A stretch of DNA of 64,000 bases from Candidatus Marinacidobacterales bacterium (GTDB lineage: Bacteria; Acidobacteriota; Vicinamibacteria; Marinacidobacterales; DATDRI01). Made by a program: the position numbers and the translations under genes. The notes beneath the pieces are model-generated. The model worked only from the letters and a program-made list of their open reading frames with translations, was not told where the DNA came from and did not search any database. Positions 1 to 11,037 of the stretch are shown here, one piece after another. The DNA lies in NCBI GenBank assembly GCA_965219415.1, contig CBDCNP010000002.1, positions 2,464,001 to 2,528,000 of the forward strand, given 5' to 3'. The stretch's first letter is position 1; each line of letters begins with the position of its first letter.

Positions 1-167
1 CCTGCTGCTGGCGGTTGACCCAGCCAGCCACAACGAGCAGTAGGAATTGCGCGTGGTACGTCATCATGGATCTGAAGATAACACCCTCGGGACAGACGAT
101 TGTAAAGCCTACGGCCCTTGGCCCGGCGCGCCAAGTCTTGAGTTCGTTTGTGTTTTTGGACAGGACG
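1..167 (+). repeat. MITE-like dispersed repeat ending in a GTTTTTGGACAGGACG terminus
   Basis: 38-120 aligns by eye to 59521-59603 and partly to the reverse complement of 60840-60870. The terminus GTCTTGAGTTCGTTTGTGTTTTTGGACAGGACG recurs at 26066-26098 and nearly so (rc) at 62642-62674. Confidence 0.75.
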
Positions 168-170
168 CGT

Positions 171-261
171 TCGTGACCTTCGCTTCGCGCTAAATGGAGC
201 ATAAGCGCCTATTTTGCAAAGGGATGCGTACACATCACCAACAGCAAACAGCGCAAGCACC
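171..261. repeat. Right half of IS1-derived MITE with TIR
   Basis: Near-identical to 41341-41431; ends in CCAACAGCAAACAGCGCAAGCACC (rc GGTGCTTGCGCTGTTTGCTGTTGG). Confidence 0.8.
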
Positions 262-421
262 TTACGGCCCGGTAACTCGCTCACCATCCCAAAGATGACT
301 TTGTCAGTCAGCTTCATCCCCTTCGTTTCCTCCACGAACGTGACTCAAGCTACGGGGCTTCTGACTCCTGCCCCGGTGGGACTTGTCTCCCACTGAACAT
401 GCCAGCCTTCACTGGACGCAC
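262..421 (-). ncRNA. Group II intron 5' remnant (start of domain I)
   Basis: Minus strand begins GTGCGTCCAGTGAAGGCTGGCATGTTCAGTGGGAGACAAGTCCCACCGGGG: canonical GUGYG 5' end plus a GTGGGA..TCCCAC hairpin. Cut off by the IS1-like TIR at 261; no RT ORF. Confidence 0.7.
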
Positions 422-525
422 TCCCTTCCATAAACTTGAGCTGCATGAGGTTGGCAAACTGCCTGCAACCAGGACGCTTTGGTCGTCTTCATGTAGGACG
501 TTTTGAGAGCCGGCGTCGGCTCTAC

Positions 526-909
526 TCAGGGGTAGAGGTGTTTGCGGGAACGACCCGCGAGACGGGCCGTGGCAGAAATGCTCACGCCCTCGACTCGCAG
601 GCTCGCTACTTGGTCGAACTCCCCGCGAGTGCAGCGAAGGCCGGAATACGCTGTGCCCGTGTTCGTGCTAACGGTTCCCCCGCATATCTTGCAACGGTAA
701 CGCCGTCGGCGACCCGACTTGGTGGTAAACCAGCCGTGGCCACCGATGTTGATGCCCCGCTTTCCACAGTTCTCGCACCCTGGCTTGGAGCATGCCTGAT
801 TCTGGATGGTTTTCATCATTCCAGTGTAGCGGCGTTGAAAAATAGGCTGTTATACTCATGATTTCATGGGCTTGCAGTCGATCGATCAACAGCGAACAGG
901 GCAAGCACC
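526..909 (-). mobile_element. IS1-family remnant: TIR plus truncated InsA-like zinc-ribbon/HTH N-terminus (ORF 526-819)
   Basis: CSKPGC...RRRYRCKICG...EGVSISATARL; TIR GGTGCTTGCCCTGTTCGCTGTTG at 886-909 (minus). No DDE domain. Confidence 0.8.
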
Positions 910-1267
910 CCGTGCGGCAGCGGGTCAGCAGTTTGCACCTTCCCAAAGGCCGCTTGAGTTCGCCATCGCGGTGGGATACGTGTTCCAGTTCAGCGGAAGG
1001 AGTCGCGATGGACTGGAAGACTTAGTTGCTGGAAGGGAGCTTTGTGAGAGACTAAAGAGACCGTCTCCAATCACATCTTCCCGCCTTCCACCAGCCGGCC
1101 GTGGACGCCATCGTCGGCAAGTCATGGGGTCACCGCGGCCACAACTTCCCCTGAAATCGTTTTCCCCTCGCGGTGACCAATACAGATCAAGAGCTCTTCT
1201 CAGTCCCACACCAGATGGCGTGGCTGAAATATAATGCCGCTCATCTCAAACTAAGGACGTCACTTCT

Positions 1268-3325
1268 TTGACTCTTTGGAAACCCGTCGGCCTCGTAGCG
1301 GCCATGGGTTTCCTTGCCGGCATAAGCGTTCTCGCCGTCACGTCTTTTCCTTTCCGCCTCGGGCCAGATTCCGCGGGTTGGCCACGTCTTGTAAAGGGGG
1401 TGAGCGCAAAAGGAAATGTGGACCAAGGAGCGGTAGTGCTCCTGCCTGGAATCAACCGACGCTCTGCTCCCAACATCTTCATCGACTTCGAGCAGGAGCC
1501 TCTCGCCCGAGCCACGCTAGCCGTCTCGGTGGATCAGGGTCCGGTGTACCAACTCCCATCAGACAGCGGCGGAACGGCAAGTCTCACGCTGCCCCGTGCT
1601 ACCAACCCGGGAGCGCGCCTGGACATCTTCCGCCTCGAGGGGACTCCCGCAATCCGGCTTCGGTCTCTCTCGGTCACTCCCACGGCCAGTCCGGCTTGGA
1701 ACTCCATCCTTGCTGCAAGCGGCCTTGCCTGCGCTCTGACGCTTGTCTTTCTCGTGTGGAGGGGGCGTGCTGTGGCGACCGGTCTTGGACTCTGCTCTGC
1801 AGGCCTCCTCACTCTCGCTTACTCGCCGGCCATGGTTTTCTTGCTCTTCCCGGACCGGCCCTCCTCTCTACGTGTGCTCCTCATTGGCGGGCTGCTGCTC
1901 GCGGGCTTCGAGGCCGGGCGCCGTCTCGAAACGGGCGCTCGGCCGTCTTATTGGTTGGCGGTGGCCCTTCTGATCGCGGCCGTTTTCGGATCTTGGGTTC
2001 GGGTGTACTTTCTGCCCTCTGCCGGCTCTTGGGATGTGGAGTTCTGGCAAGCTTGGACCGCCCGCGCTACCTCTCACGGCATCACAAGAGTCTACGGCGA
2101 TCCGGACGCAGTTCCTCCAGGGCATTTCCTTTCCCAGCTTCGCGGAGAAGAACCTCTGTGGGAAGTACAAAGCCGCGACCGGAGCTTCTTGATCGACTAT
2201 CCCCCACTTGCCATGGTCGCCTGGCGCCTCTCCTGGGGCTTCGTACAGAGCCTACCGCTTCCTCTCGACCGAGCCGAGGCGCGCAACGTGGCGGCCAAGC
2301 TACCCGCCGTAGCGGGAGACGTTGCGATCGTCGCTATCTTGCTGTGGCTCTTCCGGCACCGACCACGCCGTGCTGCGGTCCTGGCCGCGCTCTTTTGGGC
2401 GCTCCCCATTTCCTGGCTGAGCAGTGCCATCCTCGGTTTTCAGGACCAGACCTACTCACCTCTCGTCATGGTAGCGGTCATTGCGGCGGGTCGATCTCAC
2501 GCCCTCTCGGCCGGAGCACTTCTGGTCATGGCTTCGATGACGAAACTCCTGGGTGCGGTCGCGACACCCAGCGTGTTGGTCGCATTGCTGGCGAACCAAG
2601 CGCGTCTTAGGGAGACGATCGGGAGGGCGGTCGCGGGCGCGGCAGGTGTGACGCTGATCGTTCTACTCCCTTTCACTATCGCAGGGACCCTCCCCGCCAT
2701 GGTCGTGCAGATCGTTCGTCAACTCGTTCCTGGAAATCTATCGAGCGGGTACCCCAACCCTTGGTGGATCTATGGCCACCTGGCGAACTTGGCAACGGTG
2801 GTAACGGATTCGATCGCTGGCCCCGTTTCCCGTCTCTTACTCAGCGACGTTTCCTTCGCGGCAGGCTCTGTCGGAACCGCGATCTTTGCTTTAGTCTTGG
2901 CATGGATTTGCTGGCAGCAGTATCGGTTTCCCGGAACCCTCCCGGCACTGCTCTCCAGCGCTACCGTTTTTCTTGCCTATGCCACATTCTCGGTTGGCGT
3001 TTTCGAAAATCATCCGCACGTTGCGTTCCCGCTTCTTTTCGGCACCGGTCTGGGCTCGCGAGGGTTGAAGATCCTCTGTGCCGGGGCCATGACGAGCTAC
3101 ATCTTGAATCTTCTCCTGCATTCCGGTCTGGGACGCTTGTACGGTACTCGCTACATGCTCTTGGAGCGCCTTGCCTCGGGCCTATCAGAGCTGCGTATGG
3201 CGGCCGGTTTCGATCTTACCCTCCTCCTGGCGGTGATCAACACGGTCGTGATGGTCGTGCTTTTTGCCATCTTGCCGCGAGAGCTAGAGACTCTGCAGCA
3301 ATCGGCAAAAAGGCGGTCGGAATGA
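1268..3325 (+). CDS. Polytopic membrane protein, probable GT-C (polyprenol-linked) glycosyltransferase
   Basis: 685 aa, many TM helices, loop GSWDV...DYPP typical of GT-C/GT87-like enzymes; start uncertain. Confidence 0.6.
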   Translation: MTLWKPVGLVAAMGFLAGISVLAVTSFPFRLGPDSAGWPRLVKGVSAKGNVDQGAVVLLPGINRRSAPNIFIDFEQEPLARATLAVSVDQGPVYQLPSDSGGTASLTLPRATNPGARLDIFRLEGTPAIRLRSLSVTPTASPAWNSILAASGLACALTLVFLVWRGRAVATGLGLCSAGLLTLAYSPAMVFLLFPDRPSSLRVLLIGGLLLAGFEAGRRLETGARPSYWLAVALLIAAVFGSWVRVYFLPSAGSWDVEFWQAWTARATSHGITRVYGDPDAVPPGHFLSQLRGEEPLWEVQSRDRSFLIDYPPLAMVAWRLSWGFVQSLPLPLDRAEARNVAAKLPAVAGDVAIVAILLWLFRHRPRRAAVLAALFWALPISWLSSAILGFQDQTYSPLVMVAVIAAGRSHALSAGALLVMASMTKLLGAVATPSVLVALLANQARLRETIGRAVAGAAGVTLIVLLPFTIAGTLPAMVVQIVRQLVPGNLSSGYPNPWWIYGHLANLATVVTDSIAGPVSRLLLSDVSFAAGSVGTAIFALVLAWICWQQYRFPGTLPALLSSATVFLAYATFSVGVFENHPHVAFPLLFGTGLGSRGLKILCAGAMTSYILNLLLHSGLGRLYGTRYMLLERLASGLSELRMAAGFDLTLLLAVINTVVMVVLFAILPRELETLQQSAKRRSE

Positions 3326-5181
3326 GGCAGGGACTTTCGACGTGTTGGCTCCCATCTTTGCTCGTGCTGGCGGGACTCCAGGCTTGTCTATTCCCCCAAT
3401 CAGGCAACCCTCACAAGGGAATCGTGGTCGGTCCTGATATGAGTTGGCGATACTTTATCGGCAATTCCAAGCCGACTGCCGACTGGCGCAAGCACTCCTT
3501 CGACGACAGCCATTGGGCCGAAGGCACTGGTGGCATCGGCTACGGGGACTCCGACGATGGTACCGTGATCGATCACACCATCTCTGTTTATCTGCGACGT
3601 ACCTTCTCACTTCCGGATCCGAGCCAACTCACGTCCATGGAGCTCTACGTGGATTACGACGACGCTTTTGTCGCTTATATAAACAACGTCGAGATCGCGC
3701 GGTCTGCAGGCTTGCGCGGGGCGCATCCTGCGCACAATCAACCATCGAGCGTTTCGCACGAAGCGTTGCTCTATGAAGGTGGGATCCCAGAAAGTAGTGA
3801 TGTCCCCCTGAATGTGCTCCAGCCCGATGATAACGTCTTGGCTCTGCAGGTTCACAACGTAAGTGAGAGTTCAACCGATCTCTCCTCCAATGCTTACCTC
3901 ATTGCCGAGATGATGGATGATGGCCAGGACTTTCTTCCTTTGCCAGAGTGGCTAGCAAGTACCATCGAAGTGGCAGGGTCGAATCTCCCGATCGTCGTCA
4001 TCACCACCGAGAACAGTGCCGACATTCCTGACGAGCCCAAGGTTTCCGCGCACATGGGCATTGTCAACAACCAGAACGGGCGACGTAATTACTTAACGAA
4101 CTCTTACAACGGATACGACGGATTCATCGGGATCGAAACCCGTGGATACTCGTCCCAAATGTACTTTCCGAAGAAGTCGTATGCTGTTGAAACCACAGAC
4201 CAAGATGGAAACAACCTAAGTATCTCGGTGCTCGGCCTTCCTAAAGATAACGACTGGATCCTAAACGCATCTTACTACGATCGTACTTTTCTACGTAACT
4301 CGCTTGCCCATCAGATGTCGCGAATGATGGGTCACTATTCGAGCCGCACCGTCCACTGTGAGTTGATCGTCAACGGACGGTACCAGGGCTTGTACGTTTT
4401 CATGGAGAAGATCAAGCGAGATCAGAATCGCGTGAATGTGTCGCCTCTTAGTTCGGCTGACGTTTCTGGCGAGGCAGTGACCGGAGGATATATCTACGAG
4501 TACAGTAAACGTGGTGGCGTCTCGGGCCAGAATGCTCTCAACTTGATTTATCCCCGACCCGACCGGGCCCGCAACGAGCAGGTCGAGTACATCAAAACGT
4601 ACGATGGCCGTTTCCGGGAGTTCATGCGTCAGAGCAACTCTGGGGCTCCCATCATGCAGTATTCAGGATGGATCGACATCGACAGTTTCGTGGATGAAAT
4701 GCTCATCCAGGAGGTAACGAAAAATGTCGACGCGTACGTCTATAGCAGTTTTTTCCACAAGGATCGCTCCGCGAAATTGAAAGCTGGACCGGCATGGGAT
4801 TTCGACCAATCCTTTGGGAACTCCACAAAGTGGAGGGGGGATCTGGCCGGTGGGTGGTTTGTCAAGAAACATGACCTCTTTTGGCGCGTCCTCTTCGAAG
4901 ACGCCGATTTTCAACGGATTTTGAACAAGCGGTGGTTCGACTTGAGGAAGAGCCATTTTCGAACCAGGACCCTTCTCCAAAGCGTGGATGAGATGGCTCA
5001 AGATTTACAGGAGGCACAGAAGAGAAACTTCGGGTATTGGCCCACCATCGGCGACAAGATATGGCGCGAACCTCCGGGCCTCGTGGGCTTGGTGTCCTAC
5101 CAACAGGAAGTCGACTACCTGAAACAGTGGATCGTCGAACGAATGAGTTGGCTCGACGAAGACCTTGCCCGCCGAAGATAG
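3322..5181 (+). CDS. CotH kinase family protein with N-terminal signal/lipoprotein peptide and beta-sandwich domain
   Basis: ATG 3322 overlaps the upstream TGA. Motifs RGYSSQ..FPKKSY, YQGLYVFMEKIK, GPAWDFD and WIVERMSWLD; possible lipobox LQAC. Confidence 0.85.
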   Translation: MRQGLSTCWLPSLLVLAGLQACLFPQSGNPHKGIVVGPDMSWRYFIGNSKPTADWRKHSFDDSHWAEGTGGIGYGDSDDGTVIDHTISVYLRRTFSLPDPSQLTSMELYVDYDDAFVAYINNVEIARSAGLRGAHPAHNQPSSVSHEALLYEGGIPESSDVPLNVLQPDDNVLALQVHNVSESSTDLSSNAYLIAEMMDDGQDFLPLPEWLASTIEVAGSNLPIVVITTENSADIPDEPKVSAHMGIVNNQNGRRNYLTNSYNGYDGFIGIETRGYSSQMYFPKKSYAVETTDQDGNNLSISVLGLPKDNDWILNASYYDRTFLRNSLAHQMSRMMGHYSSRTVHCELIVNGRYQGLYVFMEKIKRDQNRVNVSPLSSADVSGEAVTGGYIYEYSKRGGVSGQNALNLIYPRPDRARNEQVEYIKTYDGRFREFMRQSNSGAPIMQYSGWIDIDSFVDEMLIQEVTKNVDAYVYSSFFHKDRSAKLKAGPAWDFDQSFGNSTKWRGDLAGGWFVKKHDLFWRVLFEDADFQRILNKRWFDLRKSHFRTRTLLQSVDEMAQDLQEAQKRNFGYWPTIGDKIWREPPGLVGLVSYQQEVDYLKQWIVERMSWLDEDLARRR

Positions 5182-5398
5182 GACAGGCTCTAATCGGTGC
5201 TTCTGCCATCAAGCGTTGGTACACGTGTGATCTGCAAAAAAGAGGATCGCGTATCGACGGGCAGACAGCCATGGGAGTTGAGGTCCTGCGAACTCGTGTT
5301 CGCCTCGGTGGAGGTTCTGCACGCTGTCGCCGCCGAGCCACCGACGCAATAACGTGTTCAAGAAATAACGCATTATTCGCCGCGAGATGCTAGCTCAG

Positions 5399-5966
5399 TC
5401 AGGCGACGCGTGACAACCGGTAATCGTGATGGAGCCCACCAAGGACCGGCCTCGAGGCAACGACGCGCTGGGCGGGTAATCGATGTCGGTGCTGGTCCCG
5501 GTTTCATCGGAAGCTCGACACAGGGGGTGGGAAGGCATGGGCCGAGCGATGAATGTGGTCTCGCCCGATTGTAGTACTCACGCCATTTGGTCAAGAGTCG
5601 GCGAAGATGTTCCTCTGACAGCGGTATCAGAAAATCCAAGCACTCCCGGCGTGTGGTGCCGATGAGTCTCTCACAGTAGGCATTCGCCTGCGGTGCTCTG
5701 CGCGGCGTCCTCAACGGCCGAACACCCATCCCCCGGACGGAGCGGCGGATGTCTGCTGAGAACTTGTCATCGCGGTCCGCGATGACGAATCGATAGTCGT
5801 GCTCGCACCCAATCGCCTCCCGGAACTGTTGCAACGTCCACTCCGCAGTCGGATGCGCCGTTACGTTGAAGTGAAGCATCTTGCAGGTGCCGATTTCCAT
5901 GATGACGAAGACGTAAAGCACGCGAAAGCTGACGGTGACTACGTTGAAGAAATCCACAGCGACGAC
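5399..5966 (-). pseudogene. Integrase-core (rve) transposase remnant
   Basis: AVDFFNV...HFNVTAHPTAEWTLQQFRE...DRD...PQANAYCERLIGT..RECLD...YNRARPH; C-terminus GGLHHDY is in a shifted frame; N-terminus missing. Confidence 0.85.
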
Positions 5967-6124
5967 CTGTGCTCCGCAAAAACTCGATCCGTCGTTGATT
6001 CTGCAGTTTAGACCTGCCAGGATTGGCCGTTTCGCGGCGAACGGATGAGGTGATCCGACGTCATTGTAAGCGTGGAAAGGTTTGCTCTTGCGTCTGCTCT
6101 CAAATATTGTGCCCGCTTTCGTCA

Positions 6125-6480
6125 ATGCCCTCGCATTCGCTCGGAATCTTGTCTGTTCGCAGGATGCCCTAGCCGCCGAGAATCTCTTTCTCCGTAAAGC
6201 AGCTCACCTTTTTCGCCGAGCGTGAGCAGATGCCACACCGACAACGCGACGCAGTTCACGATGGCGGCGCTGGCTCGGCTGTTCGACTGGAAGAATGCCC
6301 TAGTCGTCGTGAAGCCCGACACGCTCGTCCGCTGGCACCGGAAAGGATTTCGTCTGTTTTGGCGGTGGAAATCTAGACACAAAGGACGCCCACACGATTA
6401 TCGCTTCGTGATCTTCGACCGCGATACCAAGGTCTCCGACGCTCTACGGAAATCCGTGCGCGCGATGGGCGTCAGGGTGT
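6125..6480 (+). pseudogene. Second rve transposase remnant (N-terminal part with internal deletion)
   Basis: LAAENLFLRK-like start, VVKPDTLVRWHRKGFRLFWRWKS, then a jump to YRFVIFDRD. Confidence 0.75.
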
Positions 6481-6483
6481 TGA

Positions 6484-6867
6484 GGAGATGTGGGGCGCTC
6501 CAGCGACTTCTACCGGGACGTTCTCGGTGCGAAAGTCCTGCGTGAGTTCGAGGGTTCCTTCTGCCAGCTGGAATTCCAGGAGACACTCCTATTTCTCGTT
6601 GCCGACGGCGGCCCAACGAAGGACAAACCCGGGATCACCTTTGCCGCGCCGACGGGCCCCGAAACGGTTGCTACGGTTACTAGTGAACTCGTCCTCCGAG
6701 TGCCAGACTGCCAGTCGGCCTATGAGACGCTCAGCAGCCGCGGAGCGAGCTTTCTCACACCACCGGTGAAGCAGGAGTGGGGCGAGGAGATTCGCTGCTT
6801 TTTCCGCGACCCGGATGGCCACCTCATCGAGGTGAGTGAGTTGCTGGACGAGGACATTGATACTTAA
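6484..6867 (+). CDS. VOC/glyoxalase family protein, N-terminus probably clipped
   Basis: DVGRSSDFYRDVLG...FFRDPDGHLIEV; abuts the transposase remnant. Confidence 0.8.
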   Translation, partial: GDVGRSSDFYRDVLGAKVLREFEGSFCQLEFQETLLFLVADGGPTKDKPGITFAAPTGPETVATVTSELVLRVPDCQSAYETLSSRGASFLTPPVKQEWGEEIRCFFRDPDGHLIEVSELLDEDIDT

Positions 6868-7136
6868 GTCCTAGCACCCCGCGTTCGTCGTCGGAGTAAA
6901 TCGGCCAGCGAGGGCGCGGTTGCCGTGAGGCTTATGGCCAAGCCAATCCATCCATAATGTGCGCTCCTCATTACCATCGGCCTACTCACGTTACACCTCC
7001 TGTCCATCGCCGCCATCGGTATCACGGTATTTTACGGTATCAAAATTCTCGAGGGGACGTCGCATTCGCAAGGCCGATGCCGAGGTCGTTGTACCGGTGC
7101 CGGACTCCGGAATGTTCGCGGCGGTGTGCCCTCCCC

Positions 7137-8227
7137 CTACTCTTCGGTACCTTCAAGTAGCGCATAGACGCGCTGCACGGCGTGAGGGTGCACGCCCGGA
7201 CCGTCGATTTGAGGATAGTGCTCCGCGTGATTGGTCATGTCGATCGTTTGAATCGCCCTCTTCCTCGCTCACACCGGCCTCGTGCTTGGCCACGATCTTA
7301 GTCCAGAGATCGCGCAAGTAGGCCTGGAAGTGGTCTATCTTCTCGATGTCCTCGAACGCCGTGCCGTGACCGGGGAGGACGACGTCGAAGTCCAGGTTCT
7401 TGACCTCCTCGAGGGTGTCGGCCCATTCCTTCAAGTAGGCGTTACCCAGGTAACCGAGGCCGCCGGTCAAGAGGTCACCGGTTGCGACGACCCTCTCCTG
7501 TGGCAGGTAGACAACGACGTCACCGCCGGTATGGCCACGGCCGAAAAACAGGAGCTGAATCTCCCGGCCTCCCCGGATCAGCGTCATGCGTTTCGTCAGC
7601 GTGATGGTCGGCGGCGTCGGGACCACGGCATTCGTGGCGTCTTGATAATGCTTCAGGACGGTGACTTGCTTCCGGAGCTCCGCTTCGGCGTCTGCATCGG
7701 TCGCGTCGATGGCTGGAGCTTGCTTTCGGTTTCCTTGATACGATCTGGCAATCCTCCCACGAACAGGTCCCAGGCACGGCCTTCCATCGATTGCCCCCCG
7801 ATACGAGCTGCTCTCGTGTGAACTCGTGCCCGATGATCTCGACATCGTCGCCGAAGGTCTGGTTGCCGTGCGCGTGGTCGAAATGAAAATGGGTATTCAC
7901 CACGTAGCGCACGGGCTTGTCGGTGATGTTCTTCAGCTCTTTCAACAGCGCCCACGATGCGGCCGGCGTCATGTGAGAGTCCACCAGGAGCACGTCGTTT
8001 TCATTGATGATGACGCTGCCGTTGCAGCCGACCGTCAAGTTGCCGGTGCCGACGGCGTGGTAGATATCGTCGCGAACCTTGTGAAAGGTGAAGGCCTCGC
8101 CTTCCCAGACGGCGCCAGGCGGGGGCCCCGCCTCATCGATAGCCGCGTCGGGTGCCGGCAACGGCTGACACGCCCACGTTCCCGCCAGAGCCAAGGCTGC
8201 CATTACGCGAAAAGCTCGTCCATCCAT
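7137..8227 (-). pseudogene. MBL-fold metallo-hydrolase (lipoprotein), about 3 frameshifts
   Basis: THFHFDHAHG, GHTGGD, GD and PGHG motifs are spread over ORFs 7520-8668, 7653-7955 and 7153-7845; signal peptide ends TWAC. Confidence 0.8.
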
Positions 8228-8341
8228 GATAGCCCTCCGGGAGTGATCGACAGAAGAGGCGAGCCTACGCCATCGGGCGTTTCGTTTCAACGACACGGGA
8301 CCTGCTTCAACAGCAACTGCCCCGCGAGGTAAAGTGGGTGG

Positions 8342-9209
8342 GTGATGATGTGGATCAGTCTCGTTTTTCTCCTCGCCGCGACGCCGCCCACTCTTCAAGA
8401 CCTTGAGGACATCGATGCCTTCATGGAGAAAGTCCTCAAACAACGCGAAGTGAATTGGGAGAATTTCTACAACTATTCTTGCAAGGAACGCGCAGAGCTT
8501 GCCATCGAGGGCTCGTTGCCTGGTGTTCCGATCCAGGGTTTCCGAAAGGAATTTCTCTGGTTCGTCCGCGACGGCTACGTCGTTCGGAGCCCGCTTTCCG
8601 GTCGACGGCGTCAAGGTTTCCGCCAAGGACCGGGAGCGCGCCGAAAAGAAGTGGATCGAGCGTCTCAAGAAAAGAGAACAAGAGCGTGGACCGGATCGAG
8701 AAACGTTCTTCGGCCTGGAGTTCGAGCCCGGGAACTACTTCTACGCGGGGCAACAGGAGTTCGATGGCCGTGAAGTCATCGCGGTCGAGTACTACCCCGA
8801 ATCCGGCCCCTGGCAAGACGATGACGATGACGAAGACGGCGACTCGGAGGACGATGAGATCGAAGCCCAGATCAGCAAGGTTCTTCTGGTGACGATGCTC
8901 ATCGATCCGAAGGAGCATCAGATCGTAAGGATGACTTTGGACAACGTGGGCTTCGACTTCTTGCCCGTCAAATGGCTCTTTCAACTCGACACCGTCGAAG
9001 CGTCGCTCACCATGCATCGGCCCATTGAAGACATCTGGCTGGCTCGCGACATCAAGGCTTACGCACGGGTCACGTTGGCCGGCGGAGATCTGGACATTCG
9101 TTACGAGTCGACCTTCTACGACTATGTGAAAGCGGAGACCCGAGCCACTGTCCGCTTCCCTCCGCGCGGTATTACCGAGAAGGACGAAGAAGAGAAACCG
9201 CCGGAATGA
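8342..9209 (+). pseudogene. Secreted hypothetical protein, one frameshift near 8597
   Basis: Signal-peptide ORF 8342-8773 continues in the frame of ORF 8499-9209; coupled to the next gene by ATGA. Confidence 0.6.
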
Positions 9210-10265
9210 AGCTTCTCGCGGCACTCACTCTCTTGGGTGCGCTCGTCCAGACGGACTCTCGTATCGCCACGGTGCGAGTTCACGGAAACCATACCGTCCC
9301 CGATGCGGAGGTTCTTCGCACTGCCGGCGTCGCACCCGGCGACTCCTTCGAGACGGACACCGCGCGCGAAATCAAGGAACGGCTCCTGAAGAGCGGAAAG
9401 TTCGCCACCGCCGAGGTTCGCGTGCGTTATCGAGGGGCTCTCCGAGTCGAGTGATGTCGCGCTCGTTCTTTTGGTGCGAGAGAAGCGCTCCACGGCGAGC
9501 CGGTTCATGGTGGGTCCCCTGGTGGATGTTTCGAATGAGTACGGCCTGACGGTTGGCGCTCGATTCGCCTTCGTGGACTTCGCCACCGAAGGTGGGCGCA
9601 TCGCCTTTCCCTTGAGCTGGGGAGGAAAGCGTCAGGCGGGAGTGGAGACAAGCTTTCCCCTCGGCGACGGTCAACAGCTACGCTTCGACCTCTCGCGTTG
9701 GCGCCAGGTCAATCCACACCTCGACATCCCCGACAACCGCCTCGAACTGGGAGGGCGGTTCGTGAAGCGCGTGCGCCGCGCCACTTTCGACGCCGGCGGT
9801 CAATGGTCGGACGTCGATTTCGAGCTTCCGGACCAGCGTTTCGCCACACTCGGAGCCAAAGCCGTCTTCGACACGCGAATCGACCCCACCATCCCCGGCG
9901 ACGCGGTCTATCTTGGCCTCGATTGGCGTCGCCTTTTCTTTCTCGCGGGAGTCGAACGCTCAGATGTGAACCAGTACGCTATCGACCTTCGAGGCTACAA
10001 GCGACTAGTAGGTCAATCCCTTCTCGCCGGCCAGTTCTACTGGACGATCGCCGACGGTCCCATGCCGCCCTACGAGCAGCCCTTCGTAGGCGGAGGAAAA
10101 ACGCTCCGGGGCTACAGGGCGGGACGCTTCATCGGCGACGCGCGCTTCCATCATGCGCTCGGCGTCGGTGCCTTCTTCAAGGTACTGATCGGCCTGCGGA
10201 TCGATATGGGATGGGATCTCGAAGGAGGCTCGCGTTTCTCTGTGGAATCGCAGATGAAATTCTGA
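9206..10265 (+). pseudogene. BamA/TamA (Omp85)-like protein: POTRA plus beta-barrel, frameshifted and apparently internally shortened
   Basis: POTRA-like IATVRVHGNHTVPD; barrel motif GGGKTLRGY; C-terminal Phe; frame break near 9440-9470. Confidence 0.7.
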
Positions 10266-10359
10266 TGGGCCCTCGCCGGGGGTTGTGTTCCGCGACGAAC
10301 CGGTGGCATAATCCCGCGCCGCCATTGGAAGTGGCTGCAAGCCTGAGAGGAGAGTAGCC

Positions 10360-10629
10360 ATGAAATATCGATATTTGAGTCCAACGACAGCTGTGGGCCT
10401 GGTCGCAATGGTCGCGCTGGCGCTAGCGAGCGGCGGCTCGCTGGCCCAGGAAATGCCCAAGGCCCCGGAGCCGGGTGTGCCGGAGCTCTTCACGCTCAAG
10501 GGTCAGTTCGTACGGATCGCCTACAACAATGAGGGGTACGTCTCCCTCGGGTACCGGGTGGCCAACCAATCCACCGGAGACGAGTGGATGCTGCTCGAGA
10601 CGGGGTCGCCGCGACAAGAGAATCGTTGA
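10360..10629 (+). pseudogene. Secreted protein, N-terminal fragment
   Basis: RBS GAGGAG and signal peptide; runs head-on into the antisense PIN gene at about 10605. Confidence 0.5.
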
Positions 10630-11008
10630 CCAGAAGCCCTTGCTTCTTCCTGACATCGTGAGAGTGGAGCAAACACTTCATGTCTAGTGGGAGAATGGCA
10701 ACGCCCATTAACGGAATTCGTTCAACCTGCTCGGTGTAGGTCTCGAGGCTTGTCACGAGCCCTGGTTTTGCCCGGAGCTTTCGCGCCACGTTTCCGGACG
10801 ATAGCAATCCCCCAGCGACCGCTTCGATCATCATCAGCCGGTGGGCCACCTCCGCCAGAACGACCGTGGAAGTAATTCCTTTCAAATCCCCCCTCTCGCA
10901 GCGTTCCAGAAATCGCCTGCAATCTGCCGAGGCTCCGGTGAAGTGATAGATAAAGATCGTGGAATCGATGAAAACGCGGGAACCAGGCGCAATCTGATCA
11001 AGTGTCAT
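10607..11008 (-). CDS. vapC: PIN-domain (VapC-like) toxin, C-terminally truncated
   Basis: VFIDSTIFIY...STVVLAEV...GLLVNDSLVAAT; the final T-x-D-x-DF strand is absent. Confidence 0.75.
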
Positions 11009-11037
11009 TGGGTGGCATTAAGTATCTTCAAGTATCG

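Noticed and set aside
262-421. Retron or DGR interpretation of the structured RNA remnant
   Set aside because: There is no reverse transcriptase and no TR/VR pair with adenine-specific mismatches in the window. The GUGCG start fits a group II intron.
2761-3321. N-terminal 187 aa of the 806-aa ORF
   Set aside because: It overlaps the GT-C-like gene out of frame. The real CotH start is ATG 3322, which has a signal peptide.
8228-8668. N-terminal extension of the MBL ORF 7520-8668
   Set aside because: It is antisense to gene 8342-9209. The plausible start is ATG 8227, after a GGAGG RBS.
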